Assembly (NCBI GenBank): GCA_035652015.1
Contig: DASREP010000050.1
Span: forward strand, 11,876 to 75,875
Reading direction: 5' to 3'
DNA from: Bradyrhizobium sp.
GTDB lineage: Bacteria; Pseudomonadota; Alphaproteobacteria; Rhizobiales; Xanthobacteraceae
DNA length: 64,000 nucleotides
How positions within the stretch are numbered: position 1 is the first letter of the stretch; every line of letters starts with the position of its first letter. This document shows, piece after piece, positions 1 to 9,209 of this stretch. Below the pieces are notes generated by a model, which made no database searches, was not told where the DNA came from, and was given only the letters and a program-made list of their open reading frames with translations. The position numbers and the translations under genes were made by a program.

Positions 1-2
1 CG

Positions 3-413
3 CGGCAGCTTGCCAAGATGCTGCCGGATCGCGTTCGCAGCGTGATCACGCTCGGCAGCCCGTTCGCCAGCCCGCCAAAGGCGACCAATGCCTGGCGCGT
101 CTATGAGCTCGCCAGCGGTCGTCGCGCCGACGACGTCGATCCGGCATTCGGCGGGTCGCTCGCCGAGCCGCCGCCGGTGCCGACCACCGCGATCTTCAGC
201 CGTACCGATGGGATCTGCGCCTGGCAGGGCTGCAAGGAGAAGGCGTCTGCTCAGACCGAGAGCATCGAGGTCGAGAGCAGCCATTGCGGCATGGGCCACC
301 ATCCCGCCGTGGTCTACGCGGTCGCGGACCGCCTGGCGCAGCCGGAAGGGAAGTGGCAACCGTTCGACCGGAACGGCTGGCGCGCGCTGGTCTATCCCGA
401 TCCGAACCGGTAA
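3..413 (+). CDS. alpha/beta hydrolase (esterase/lipase-like), 5'-truncated by the window edge
   Basis: Frame is open from position 3 (RQLAKM...). Contains VITLGSP, SRTDGIC and SHCGMGH, the post-nucleophile, acid and His motifs of lipase-like hydrolases. Confidence 0.75.
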   Translation, partial: RQLAKMLPDRVRSVITLGSPFASPPKATNAWRVYELASGRRADDVDPAFGGSLAEPPPVPTTAIFSRTDGICAWQGCKEKASAQTESIEVESSHCGMGHHPAVVYAVADRLAQPEGKWQPFDRNGWRALVYPDPNR

Positions 414-464
414 CCCGCCCCGCGTCATTGTCGGAAGGCCGAAAATCGCGGTATGCGTGAACGC

Positions 465-1337
465 ATGCCGCAACCCACTGCTCTTACTCGCATCATCAAC
501 CAGCTCAAGCGCGAACCGTCGCGCACCGGCTCCATCGTCATCACCTTGTTTGGTGACGCCATCGTGCCCCGCGGCGGCTCGGTCTGGCTCGGTACGCTCC
601 TCGCATTTTTCGAGGCCCTCGACATCGATTCGGGCGTGGTGCGCACCGCGATGTCGCGGCTCGCCGCCGACGGTTGGCTGACGCGCGAAAAGGTCGGCCG
701 CAACAGCTTCTATCGGCTGGCGGAGAAGGGGCGGGAAACCTTCGAGGCGGCGACAAGGCACATCTATGATCCGCCACCCTCGGATTGGAGTGGACGGTTC
801 GAACTGCTCCTGATCAGCAATGGCGAGGACCGCGATGCCTCGCGCGAGGCGCTGAAGAATGCAGGCTTCGGCAGTCCGCTACCGGGCGTCTGGGTCGCGC
901 CCTCAGGCGTGCCCGCTCCACAGGAAGCGTCGCGCGCGATCCGCCTCGAGGTCTCGGCCGAGGACGAAAGCGGCCGGCGGCTTCTGCGCGAGAGTTGGCC
1001 GCTCGAGCGCACCGCGGATGCCTATCTGAAATTCATGAAGATGTTCTCGCCTTTGCGCGACTGGATCGGCCGCCGCGAACAGCTCGCCGATCTCGATGCC
1101 TTCATCGCGCGGATCCTTTTGATCCACTATTACCGCCGCGTGGTGCTGCGCGATCCGCTGCTGCCTGCGGAACTCTTGCCGCAGGATTGGCCGGGACGGG
1201 CGGCGCGCGAACTCTGCGGCGAGATCTATCGCGCGCTGCTTTCGCCGTCTGAACAATGGCTTGACCGGCATGGAACGAACCAGGCCGGCGCGTTGCCACA
1301 GGCCCGCAAAGCGCTGGCGCACCGGTTCGAGGGTTGA
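465..1337 (+). CDS. paaX: phenylacetate degradation operon repressor PaaX
   Basis: SIVITLFGDAIVPRGG, VRTAMSRL wHTH and LRDPLLPAELLPQDWPG motifs; directly upstream of paaA. Alternative ATG at 453. Confidence 0.93.
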   Translation: MPQPTALTRIINQLKREPSRTGSIVITLFGDAIVPRGGSVWLGTLLAFFEALDIDSGVVRTAMSRLAADGWLTREKVGRNSFYRLAEKGRETFEAATRHIYDPPPSDWSGRFELLLISNGEDRDASREALKNAGFGSPLPGVWVAPSGVPAPQEASRAIRLEVSAEDESGRRLLRESWPLERTADAYLKFMKMFSPLRDWIGRREQLADLDAFIARILLIHYYRRVVLRDPLLPAELLPQDWPGRAARELCGEIYRALLSPSEQWLDRHGTNQAGALPQARKALAHRFEG

Positions 1338-1360
1338 TATAAACGTGTTACAAGAATCGC

Positions 1361-1389
1361 TTGCATCTGGAAAATTATGATATATAATT
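1361..1389 (+). promoter_or_regulatory. sigma70-type promoter of paaA overlapped by an AT-rich imperfect palindrome (candidate PaaX operator)
   Basis: TTGCAT (1361-1366), 16 bp spacer, TATAAT (1383-1388). AATTATGATATATAATT (1373-1389) is a near-palindrome covering the -10. Confidence 0.6.
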
Positions 1390-1416
1390 CCTCCCAACAC
1401 ATCAGGGAGGGCGGCC

Positions 1417-2409
1417 ATGTACACCCAGGCGCTCAATACATCGGACGCCGACGAGCGCAGCCTCGAGGATGCCGCACAGGCAGCACACTTCCAGGTGCGC
1501 ATCGATGCCGAAGAGCGCATCGAGCCCAATGACTGGATGCCGGCCGCCTACCGCAAGACTCTCACCCGGCAGATTTCCCAGCACGCGCATTCTGAGATCG
1601 TCGGCATGCTGCCCGAAGGTAACTGGATCACCCGCGCGCCGACGCTGCGCCGCAAGGCCGCGCTGCTTGCGAAGGTCCAGGACGAATGCGGCCATGGGCT
1701 TTATCTTTATGCCGCCGCCGAGACGCTCGGTGCCTCGCGCGAAGAGCTGGTCGACGCCATGCTCGCAGGCAAGGCCAAATATTCCTCCATCTTCAACTAT
1801 CCGACGCTGACCTGGGCGGATATCGGCGTGATCGGCTGGCTGGTCGACGGCGCCGCGATCATGAACCAGATCCCGCTCTGCCGCTGCTCCTACGGCCCTT
1901 ACGCGCGTGCGATGATCCGCGTCTGCAAGGAGGAGTCCTTCCACCAGCGCCAGGGCTACGAGATCATGCTGACGCTTTGCCGCGGCTCGGATGAGCAGAA
2001 GGCGATGGCGCAGGATGCGCTGAACCGCTGGTGGTGGCCGGTGCTGATGATGTTCGGCCCGCCCGACCAGGTGAGCCAGCACAGCGACACCTCGACCAAG
2101 TGGAAGATCAAGCGCTTCTCCAATGACGAGCTGCGCCAGAAATTCGTCGACGCCACCGTGCCGCAGGCGCAGTTCTTAGGCCTCACCGTTCCCGATCCCG
2201 GCATGACCCAGGATGCCGACGGCCACTGGCGTTACAGCGAGATCGACTGGGCCGAGTTCAAGCAGGTGCTCGCCGGCAACGGTCCCTGCAACCGCGACCG
2301 GATGGCCGCGCGGCGCAAGGCGCATGATGACGGCGCCTGGGTGCGTGAAGCCGCCGCCGCTTATGCCGATAAGCGCAAGTTTCCCCAGGCCGCGCAGGCG
2401 GCCGAATAA
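1417..2409 (+). CDS. paaA: phenylacetyl-CoA 1,2-epoxidase subunit A
   Basis: [30 protein letters not shown] and KEESFH di-iron motifs; RBS GGGAGG. Confidence 0.97.
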   Translation: MYTQALNTSDADERSLEDAAQAAHFQVRIDAEERIEPNDWMPAAYRKTLTRQISQHAHSEIVGMLPEGNWITRAPTLRRKAALLAKVQDECGHGLYLYAAAETLGASREELVDAMLAGKAKYSSIFNYPTLTWADIGVIGWLVDGAAIMNQIPLCRCSYGPYARAMIRVCKEESFHQRQGYEIMLTLCRGSDEQKAMAQDALNRWWWPVLMMFGPPDQVSQHSDTSTKWKIKRFSNDELRQKFVDATVPQAQFLGLTVPDPGMTQDADGHWRYSEIDWAEFKQVLAGNGPCNRDRMAARRKAHDDGAWVREAAAAYADKRKFPQAAQAAE

Positions 2410-2435
2410 GCCAATTCTCGTAACGGGAGATAGTC

Positions 2436-2723
2436 ATGGCCACGCCGAACACGCCGCTGTGGGAAGTCTTCATCCGCAGCCGCAATGGTCTTGCCCACAA
2501 GCATGTCGGCTCGCTGCATGCGAGCGACGCCACCATGGCGCTGCAGGCCGCGCGCGACATCTACACCCGTCGCGGCGAGGGCCTCTCGATCTGGGTCGTG
2601 CCGTCGAGCGCGATCACGGCCTCCGACCCGGCCGAGAAGGGCATGATGTTCGAGCCCGCCGAATCCAAGATCTACCGGCATCCGACCTTCTACGAGGTGC
2701 CCGAGGAAGTCGGGCATATGTGA
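2436..2723 (+). CDS. paaB: phenylacetyl-CoA epoxidase subunit B
   Basis: WEVFIRS...HVGSLHA...ARDIYTRRGEG...YRHPTFY signature. Confidence 0.96.
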   Translation: MATPNTPLWEVFIRSRNGLAHKHVGSLHASDATMALQAARDIYTRRGEGLSIWVVPSSAITASDPAEKGMMFEPAESKIYRHPTFYEVPEEVGHM

Positions 2724-3499
2724 TGACCATCTCCAACATCCAGGTCTCCGAAACGCCGCTGGTGCTCTACACCCTGCGTCGCGCCGATGATGCGCTGGTG
2801 CTCGGCCATCGCCTGTCGGAATGGTGTGGGCATGCGCCGATCCTGGAAGAGGACATGGCGCTAGCCAATATGGCGCTCGATCTCTTGGGCCAAGCCCGCG
2901 AACTTTATTCCTACGCGGGCAAGGTCGAAGGCAAGGACAACGACGAGGACAAGCTCGCTTATCTTCGCGATGTCAGGCAATACCGCAATCTTCTGCTCGT
3001 GGAACAGCCTAACGGCGATTTTGCCCGCACCATGATGCGGCAGTTCTTCTACTCCGCGTTCGCCGATCTCTACTGGCGCGCCATGATGAAATCGGGCGAT
3101 GCGACGCTTGCGGCGATCGCCGCCAAATCCGAGAAGGAGAGCGCCTATCACCTGCGCCATTCCTCGGAATGGATCATTCGCCTCGGTGACGGCACGGCAG
3201 AGAGCCACGCGCGGGCGCAAGGAGCCATCGATCATCTCTGGGCCTTCACCGGCGAGATGTTCGCCGTCGACGAGGCCGAGCGAAGCCTGATCGACAAGGG
3301 CATCGCGATCGATCCGGCCGGCTTACGTCCGCTCTGGCTGAAGACGATCTCGGGCGTTCTCGCCGAGGCGACGCTGACACTGCCGACGAATGACTGGATG
3401 CAGCAGGGCGGCCGTTCCGGCCGGCACAGTGAGCATCTCGGCCATCTCCTCAGCGAGCTGCAATATATGCAGCGCACCTTCCCGGGCCTCACATGGTAG
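2723..3499 (+). CDS. paaC: phenylacetyl-CoA epoxidase subunit C
   Basis: ATG overlaps the paaB stop (TGATG). LGHRLSEWCGHAPILEED and HSEHLGHLLSELQYMQR motifs. Confidence 0.95.
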   Translation: MTISNIQVSETPLVLYTLRRADDALVLGHRLSEWCGHAPILEEDMALANMALDLLGQARELYSYAGKVEGKDNDEDKLAYLRDVRQYRNLLLVEQPNGDFARTMMRQFFYSAFADLYWRAMMKSGDATLAAIAAKSEKESAYHLRHSSEWIIRLGDGTAESHARAQGAIDHLWAFTGEMFAVDEAERSLIDKGIAIDPAGLRPLWLKTISGVLAEATLTLPTNDWMQQGGRSGRHSEHLGHLLSELQYMQRTFPGLTW

Positions 3500-3993
3500 C
3501 AGTAGCCGACAGACCGGAGCTGCAGCAGCGCGCCTGGGATGCAGCCGCAAGCGTGGTCGATCCGGAAATCCCGGTTCTGACCATCGCCGATCTCGGCGTG
3601 CTGCGCTATGTCGCGGTCGCCGGTGATCGTGTCGAGGTCGCGATCACGCCGACCTATTCCGGTTGTCCGGCGATGAACATGATCGCGCTGGAAATCGAGC
3701 TGGCGCTCGCGCGGGAGGGATTTCCGAACGCCAAGGTACGCACCGTGCTGTCGCCGCCCTGGACCACCGACTGGATGAGCGAGGAAGGCCGGCGCAAGCT
3801 TAAGGATTACGGCATCGCACCGCCGGAGCCGAAGAGTTCGCGCCGCGCGCTGTTTGGTGTGCAAGAGATCAAGTGCCCGCAATGCGGCTCAGCCAACACC
3901 GAGCTGCTCTCCGAATTCGGCTCAACTTCCTGCAAGGCGCTCTGGCGCTGCAAGAGCTGCCGCGAACCCTTCGATTATTTCAAGTGTCATTGA
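3493..3993 (+). CDS. paaD: phenylacetyl-CoA epoxidase maturation subunit PaaD
   Basis: DPEIPVL, TPTYSGCPA, WTTDW, CPQCGS and CKSCREPFDYFKCH motifs. Confidence 0.95.
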   Translation: MVAVADRPELQQRAWDAAASVVDPEIPVLTIADLGVLRYVAVAGDRVEVAITPTYSGCPAMNMIALEIELALAREGFPNAKVRTVLSPPWTTDWMSEEGRRKLKDYGIAPPEPKSSRRALFGVQEIKCPQCGSANTELLSEFGSTSCKALWRCKSCREPFDYFKCH

Positions 3994-3995
3994 CC

Positions 3996-5078
3996 ATGTC
4001 CTCCAGCCATCCCCGCTTTCATCGCCTGGCCATCAGCGATCTCCGGCGCGAAACGCCGGACGCGGTCTCCATGACCTTTGCGATCCCCGAGCCGCTGGCT
4101 GGCGATTACAGCTTCACGCCCGGCCAATATCTCACTCTCCGCACCACCATGGACGGCGAGGAAGTCCGCCGCTCCTATTCCATCTGCTCCGGCCCGGACG
4201 ATGGCGAGCTGCGCATTGCCGTGAAGAAGGTCGATGGCGGCGCGTTCTCGAGCTGGGCGACCGAGGAGTTGAAACGCGGCGACGAACTCGAGGTGATGAC
4301 GCCGACCGGCCGCTTTGGTGTGGTCGCGGCGGCCGAGGAGGCGCGGACCTATGTCGGCTTTGCCGCGGGCTCCGGCATCACGCCGATCCTGTCGATCATC
4401 AAAGGCGTGCTGGCGCGCGAGCCGAACAGCCGCTTCTTCCTGTTCTACGGCAACCGTGGCACCGCGCACATGCTGTTCCGCGAGGCGCTGGAGGAGCTGA
4501 AGGACCGCTTCATTCAGCGCTTCTCGCTGTTTCATGTCATCTCGGGCGAGGAGCAGGACATCCCGATCCTGCACGGCCGGCTGGACGGCGAAAAGGTGCG
4601 CGTGCTGCTGCGTGCCATGGTGCCTGCGGAAAGCATCGATCACATCTTCATCTGCGGCCCGACCGGCATGAGCGAGGATATCGAGGCCACCTGTCGCGGC
4701 CTCGGCATCGCCCCCGAGCGTATCCATGTCGAGCGCTTCGTCTCGGAGTTTGGCGGCAAGCCACGCCCGAAGACGGCGATTGAGCCATCCGCCCCGCCCA
4801 AGGCGTTGGCGTCCCTGATCATCGACGGCAAGCGCCGCGATGTGCCGGTCGCCGAAGGCGAAGCCATCCTCGATGCCGCACTTCGCGCCGGTATCGACCT
4901 GCCCTTCGCCTGCAAGGGCGGCATGTGCTCGACCTGCCGCGCCAAGCTGGTCGAGGGCAAGGCCGAAATGGACATCAACTATTCGCTGGAGCCGTGGGAA
5001 CTCGAGGCCGGGTTCGTGCTGACCTGCCAGGCCAAGCCAGTCTCCGAGCGCGTAGTGGTCGACTACGATCATGTTTGA
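3996..5078 (+). CDS. paaE: phenylacetyl-CoA epoxidase reductase subunit (FAD/NAD-binding plus 2Fe-2S)
   Basis: RRSYSICS, AAGSGITP, and C-terminal ferredoxin CKGGMCSTC...LTCQ. Confidence 0.95.
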   Translation: MSSSHPRFHRLAISDLRRETPDAVSMTFAIPEPLAGDYSFTPGQYLTLRTTMDGEEVRRSYSICSGPDDGELRIAVKKVDGGAFSSWATEELKRGDELEVMTPTGRFGVVAAAEEARTYVGFAAGSGITPILSIIKGVLAREPNSRFFLFYGNRGTAHMLFREALEELKDRFIQRFSLFHVISGEEQDIPILHGRLDGEKVRVLLRAMVPAESIDHIFICGPTGMSEDIEATCRGLGIAPERIHVERFVSEFGGKPRPKTAIEPSAPPKALASLIIDGKRRDVPVAEGEAILDAALRAGIDLPFACKGGMCSTCRAKLVEGKAEMDINYSLEPWELEAGFVLTCQAKPVSERVVVDYDHV

Positions 5079-5184
5079 GATCGTGCGGTCGCGTTGACAG
5101 GCGTGTCACGCCGCCGCAGCATGCAAATCGACCAGAGGCTTTATACAAGAGGCTTGGCGAACAAGCCCTGTCAATCCGGGGAGT

Positions 5185-5649
5185 TTGGACGTGAACGTCA
5201 AGGCCACGCTTTCACCTGACGATCTTGCGCGCGCCTGTGCGGACGCGATGTGGAAGGACGACGATGCGAGCTCAGGGCTCGGCATGGAAATCCTCGATAT
5301 CAAGCCGGGCGAGGCGACGCTGGCCATGACTGTCCGGCCCGACATGGTTAACGGCCAGCGCATCGCGCATGGCGGCTTCATCTTCACGCTCGCCGATTCC
5401 GCTTTCGCCTTCGCCTGCAACAGCCGCAACCATCGTGCGGTGGCCGCGCATTGCCAGATCACATTCATCCGCCCGGGCAAGCTTGGCGATCGCCTGGTCG
5501 CTGTGGCGCGTGAGATATCGCGCAACGGACGCTCCGGAATTTACGACGTCCGCGTCACTGCTGATGATGAGGTTATCGCGGAATTTCGCGGTCACTCCCG
5601 CATCATTTCCGGCACCTGGTTGCCGGAGCATAACCCAAAACAACAATGA
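5185..5649 (+). CDS. paaI: hydroxyphenylacetyl-CoA thioesterase PaaI
   Basis: Hotdog motif HGGFIFTLADSAFAFACNS. Start is TTG 5185 or GTG 5191. Confidence 0.92.
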   Translation: MDVNVKATLSPDDLARACADAMWKDDDASSGLGMEILDIKPGEATLAMTVRPDMVNGQRIAHGGFIFTLADSAFAFACNSRNHRAVAAHCQITFIRPGKLGDRLVAVAREISRNGRSGIYDVRVTADDEVIAEFRGHSRIISGTWLPEHNPKQQ

Positions 5650-5668
5650 ACATTACCGGGGAAACGCC

Positions 5669-7000
5669 ATGGCTTCGACAGGCCTGAAAGCTAAAGCACA
5701 CGGTTACAGTCCGGAGCTGGACGAAGCTGAGCGCGCCTCGCGCGATGAGATCATGGCGCTGCAGACGCGGCGCCTGAAATGGTCGCTCACACACGCCTAT
5801 GACAATGTCGCGCACTACCGGAAAGCCTTCGACAAGGCCGGCGTGCATCCGTCGGATTTCGAGGAATTGTCCGATCTCGCGAAATTCCCCTTCACGGTGA
5901 AGACGGATCTGCGCGACAACTATCCCTTCAACATGTTCGCCGTCCCGCGCGAAAAGCTGGTGCGCGTGCATGCCTCCTCGGGCACGACGGGAAAGCCGAT
6001 CGTTGTCGGCTATACCCGGGCCGACATTGCGACGTGGTCAGGCGTGATGGCGCGATCGATCCGCGCCGCCGGCGGCCGCAGCGGCATGATCATCCACAAC
6101 GCCTATGGCTACGGCCTCTTCACCGGCGGACTTGGCGTGCATTACGGCGCGGAAGAGCTCGGCTGCACCGTGGTGCCGATCTCCGGCGGGATGACCGAAC
6201 GGCAGGTGCAGCTGATCAACGATTTCCGGCCCGACATCATCACGGTGACGCCGAGCTACATGCTCGCGATCCTGGACGAGTTCAAGCGCCAAGGGCTCGA
6301 TCCACGCAAATCGTCGCTCAAGATCGGCATTTTCGGCGCCGAGCCGTGGACCAACGCCATGCGCGCCGAGATCGAGGATGCCTTCGACATGGACGCCACC
6401 GACATTTACGGCCTGTCGGAAGTGATCGGCCCCGGCGTCGCCCAGGAATGCATCGAGAGCAAGGACGGCCTGCATATCTGGGAGGATCATTTTTATCCCG
6501 AGGTGATCGATCCCGAAACGGGCAACGTGCTGCCTGACGGCGAGAAGGGCGAACTCGTGTTCACCTCGCTCACCAAGGAAGCGTTCCCGGTGATCCGCTA
6601 TCGCACCCGCGACCTGACGCGGCTGCTGCCAGGCACTGCGCGGCCCGGCATGCGGCGGATGGAGAAGGTGACCGGCCGCTCCGACGACATGATTATCCTG
6701 CGCGGGGTCAACCTGTTCCCGACCCAGATCGAGGAGGTGCTGCTCGCGACCGACTGGTGCGGCGGCCATTTTATCATGGAGCTCACCCGCGACGGGCGAA
6801 TGGATGAATTGACCATCACGGCCGAAGCCCGTCCTGAGAGCTGGGACGGCCGCGGGCTTGTCGATCATGCCGAGCGGATCAGCGTCCACATCAAGAACAC
6901 CATCGGCGTCACCGCCAAGGTCAAGGCGGTCGCACCCGACACCCTGGAACGCTCGCTTGGCAAGGCCAAGCGGGTTTACGACAAGCGGCCGAAGGGGTAA
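5669..7000 (+). CDS. paaK: phenylacetate-CoA ligase
   Basis: HASSGTTGKP, YGYGLFTGGLG, DIYGLSE and YRTRD motifs. Confidence 0.96.
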   Translation: MASTGLKAKAHGYSPELDEAERASRDEIMALQTRRLKWSLTHAYDNVAHYRKAFDKAGVHPSDFEELSDLAKFPFTVKTDLRDNYPFNMFAVPREKLVRVHASSGTTGKPIVVGYTRADIATWSGVMARSIRAAGGRSGMIIHNAYGYGLFTGGLGVHYGAEELGCTVVPISGGMTERQVQLINDFRPDIITVTPSYMLAILDEFKRQGLDPRKSSLKIGIFGAEPWTNAMRAEIEDAFDMDATDIYGLSEVIGPGVAQECIESKDGLHIWEDHFYPEVIDPETGNVLPDGEKGELVFTSLTKEAFPVIRYRTRDLTRLLPGTARPGMRRMEKVTGRSDDMIILRGVNLFPTQIEEVLLATDWCGGHFIMELTRDGRMDELTITAEARPESWDGRGLVDHAERISVHIKNTIGVTAKVKAVAPDTLERSLGKAKRVYDKRPKG

Positions 7001-7007
7001 CCATTCG

Positions 7008-7110
7008 ACCCTCATGGTGAGGAGGCGCGAGAGCGCCGTCTCGAACCATGAGGCCCGACCGTGGCCTCAATCCTTCGAGACGCCGCTTCGCGGCTCCTCA
7101 GGATGAGGGT
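7008..7110. repeat. palindromic intergenic repeat (CCCTCATnnTGAGGAG...CTCCTCAnnATGAGGG family)
   Basis: Terminal inverted repeats with two internal TCTCGAA/TTCGAGA arms; related to the element at 15002-15145. Confidence 0.8.
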
Positions 7111-7122
7111 TAAGAGTAGCGA

Positions 7123-8130
7123 ATGGAAAGTCCAACTTTGGCTGATGCCGTCGAGGCGCGTTGCGCGCGGTTGAACGCCAAGGCCGCCGACGTAGGCTCG
7201 GTCGCGCCCGCAATCGAGCGGCATCTGCTCGCGCGCCGCGACAACGAGGTGCTCATCGAGATCAAGGCCGCGGCCGTGAACCCGTCCGATGTGAAGGCCG
7301 CGACCGGGCTGATGGCCTACGCCGTATTCCCGCGAACGCCGGGGCGCGATTACGCGGGGGTGGTGATCGACGGGCCGGCCGGCACCGTCGGGCGCGAAGT
7401 GTTCGGTTCCTCCGGCGATCTCGGCATTCGCCGCGACGGTACCCATGCGAGCCATCTCGTGGTCGAATGCAAAGCCGTAGTTGAGAAGCCGCCAAGTCTA
7501 TCCTGGGAGGAGGCGGCGGGTATCGGGGTTCCCTTCGTTACCGCGATGGAAGGATTTCGTCGTGCAGGTGTTCCCCAGCCCGGCGAGACCGTGCTCATCA
7601 TGGGCGTTAACGGGAAGGTCGGTCAGGCCGCGACCCAGATCGCGACCTGGCATGGCGCACGCGTCATCGGCGTGGTGCGCAAGAGCGAGCCCTATGAAGG
7701 ACACGCCAATACGACGGTCGAGATGATCGATGCGTCGAGCACTGATATCGCTGCGCGCGTGCGCGAGCTGACCGGCGGCAAGGGCGCCAGCATCGTGTTC
7801 AACACGGTCGGCGATCCCTATTTCCAGGCGGCGCACAAGTCGCTGGCGCTGCGCGGCCGGCAGATCCTGATCGCGGCGATCAATCCCGTGGTGCAGTTCA
7901 ACATCCTGGAATTCTATCGCGGCCAGCACGCCTATTTCGGCATCGACACCTTGGCGCTGTCGTCGGCCGCGACCGGCGACGTGCTGCGCGAGCTCGCGCC
8001 GGGCTTTGCCAGCGGCCACCTCAAGCCATTCCGAATCAATCCGTCAGCCATCTATCCACTGGAGGACGCCAAGCGTGCTTATTTTGCCGTCGCCGGCTCC
8101 TCTCGCGACCGCGTGATCCTGCGGCCATGA
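7123..8130 (+). CDS. MDR-family (quinone oxidoreductase-like, zinc-independent) NAD(P)H oxidoreductase
   Basis: AAVNPSD, PGRDYAGVV and GVNGKVG nucleotide-binding motif; no Zn-ligand cysteines seen. Confidence 0.85.
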   Translation: MESPTLADAVEARCARLNAKAADVGSVAPAIERHLLARRDNEVLIEIKAAAVNPSDVKAATGLMAYAVFPRTPGRDYAGVVIDGPAGTVGREVFGSSGDLGIRRDGTHASHLVVECKAVVEKPPSLSWEEAAGIGVPFVTAMEGFRRAGVPQPGETVLIMGVNGKVGQAATQIATWHGARVIGVVRKSEPYEGHANTTVEMIDASSTDIAARVRELTGGKGASIVFNTVGDPYFQAAHKSLALRGRQILIAAINPVVQFNILEFYRGQHAYFGIDTLALSSAATGDVLRELAPGFASGHLKPFRINPSAIYPLEDAKRAYFAVAGSSRDRVILRP

Positions 8131-9209
8131 CCGATCCAACGAGCATCGTCGTCCTCGCCGGCCTCGCCATCGGCCTCGTCTATGGTGCGGTCGCGCTGGC
8201 GAGCGGCTTTTGCCTGATGAGCAGCCTGCGCGGCTGGTGGGCCAAGGGCGACAGCCGGCTGATGCGCACCTTTGCGCTAGCGATGGGCACAGGCATCATG
8301 GTGACGCAGAGTCTTGCGGCATACGGTTTCGTCGATCTCGGCAAGTCGATCTATCTGCAGTCGACCTTTTCGGTGCCGCTGATGTTTGTCGGTGGCGTTC
8401 TGTTCGGTTACGGCATGGTGATGGCGAACGGCTGCGGTTCGCGGGCGCTGGTGCTGCTTGGCAAAGGCAATCTGCGCTCCTTTATTGTCGTCATTGTGCT
8501 TGGTATCGCAGCCGAGATGACGCTGAAGGGGTTGATCGCGCCTGCGCGGATCGCCGTGCTGCAGGCCTCGCAGATGACCGCGACCATCACCTCGCTGCCC
8601 GCCTGGCTGTCGACCATCGGCCTGCATGGGACGGCGGCGCGGCTGGTCGCGGCGGCTGCAATCGGCGGCGTGCTTGTGATTTTCGCCTTCGCGCATCAGC
8701 CGTTCCGGCGCGCGCCTGGCCAGATCGCCGCGGGCCTTGTGATCGGCCTGCTGGTTGCAGCCGGCTGGTTCACGACCGGCTACCTCGGTGCCGACGACTT
8801 CAATCCGGTGCCGGTGACGTCACTGACCTTCATCGCGCCGATCGCCGACAGCCTGCAATATGCCATGCTGTCCACCGGGCTTTCGCTCAATTTCGGGATC
8901 GCGACCGTCGCGGGGGTCTTTGCCGGAAGCCTGATCGTGGCGTTGCTCACCGGCCGCTTCGAGCTCGAAGGCTTCTCTTCGCCGCGGCATCTCTTGCGCT
9001 CGGCCGGCGGTGCCGCGCTGATGGGGGCGGGCGGCGCAATGGCGTTCGGCTGCTCGATCGGGCAGGGCCTGACGGGTCTGTCGACGTTGGCGCTGACCTC
9101 TTTCGTCGCCGTGGCCGGCATCTTCGCCGGTACCGGCCTCGGCTTGCGCGGCGCCTTGCGGGTGCGCCCGCTGGCGCAGATGGAAGCAGGCGCAGCGAAG
9201 GCCGCTTAA
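8127..9209 (+). CDS. YeeE/YedE-family sulfur-compound (thiosulfate-type) transporter
   Basis: About 9 hydrophobic segments with the conserved cysteines in GFCL, GMVMANGCGS and FGCSIGQG. Confidence 0.88.
   Translation: MTDPTSIVVLAGLAIGLVYGAVALASGFCLMSSLRGWWAKGDSRLMRTFALAMGTGIMVTQSLAAYGFVDLGKSIYLQSTFSVPLMFVGGVLFGYGMVMANGCGSRALVLLGKGNLRSFIVVIVLGIAAEMTLKGLIAPARIAVLQASQMTATITSLPAWLSTIGLHGTAARLVAAAAIGGVLVIFAFAHQPFRRAPGQIAAGLVIGLLVAAGWFTTGYLGADDFNPVPVTSLTFIAPIADSLQYAMLSTGLSLNFGIATVAGVFAGSLIVALLTGRFELEGFSSPRHLLRSAGGAALMGAGGAMAFGCSIGQGLTGLSTLALTSFVAVAGIFAGTGLGLRGALRVRPLAQMEAGAAKAA

Noticed and set aside
2213-2722. Long N-terminal extensions in the ORF track (paaC, paaK, otnC, DUF1445, ppc and others) suggesting fusions
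   Set aside because: The extensions overlap neighbouring genes or repeats. Downstream starts give family-typical lengths, often with an RBS or stop-start coupling.
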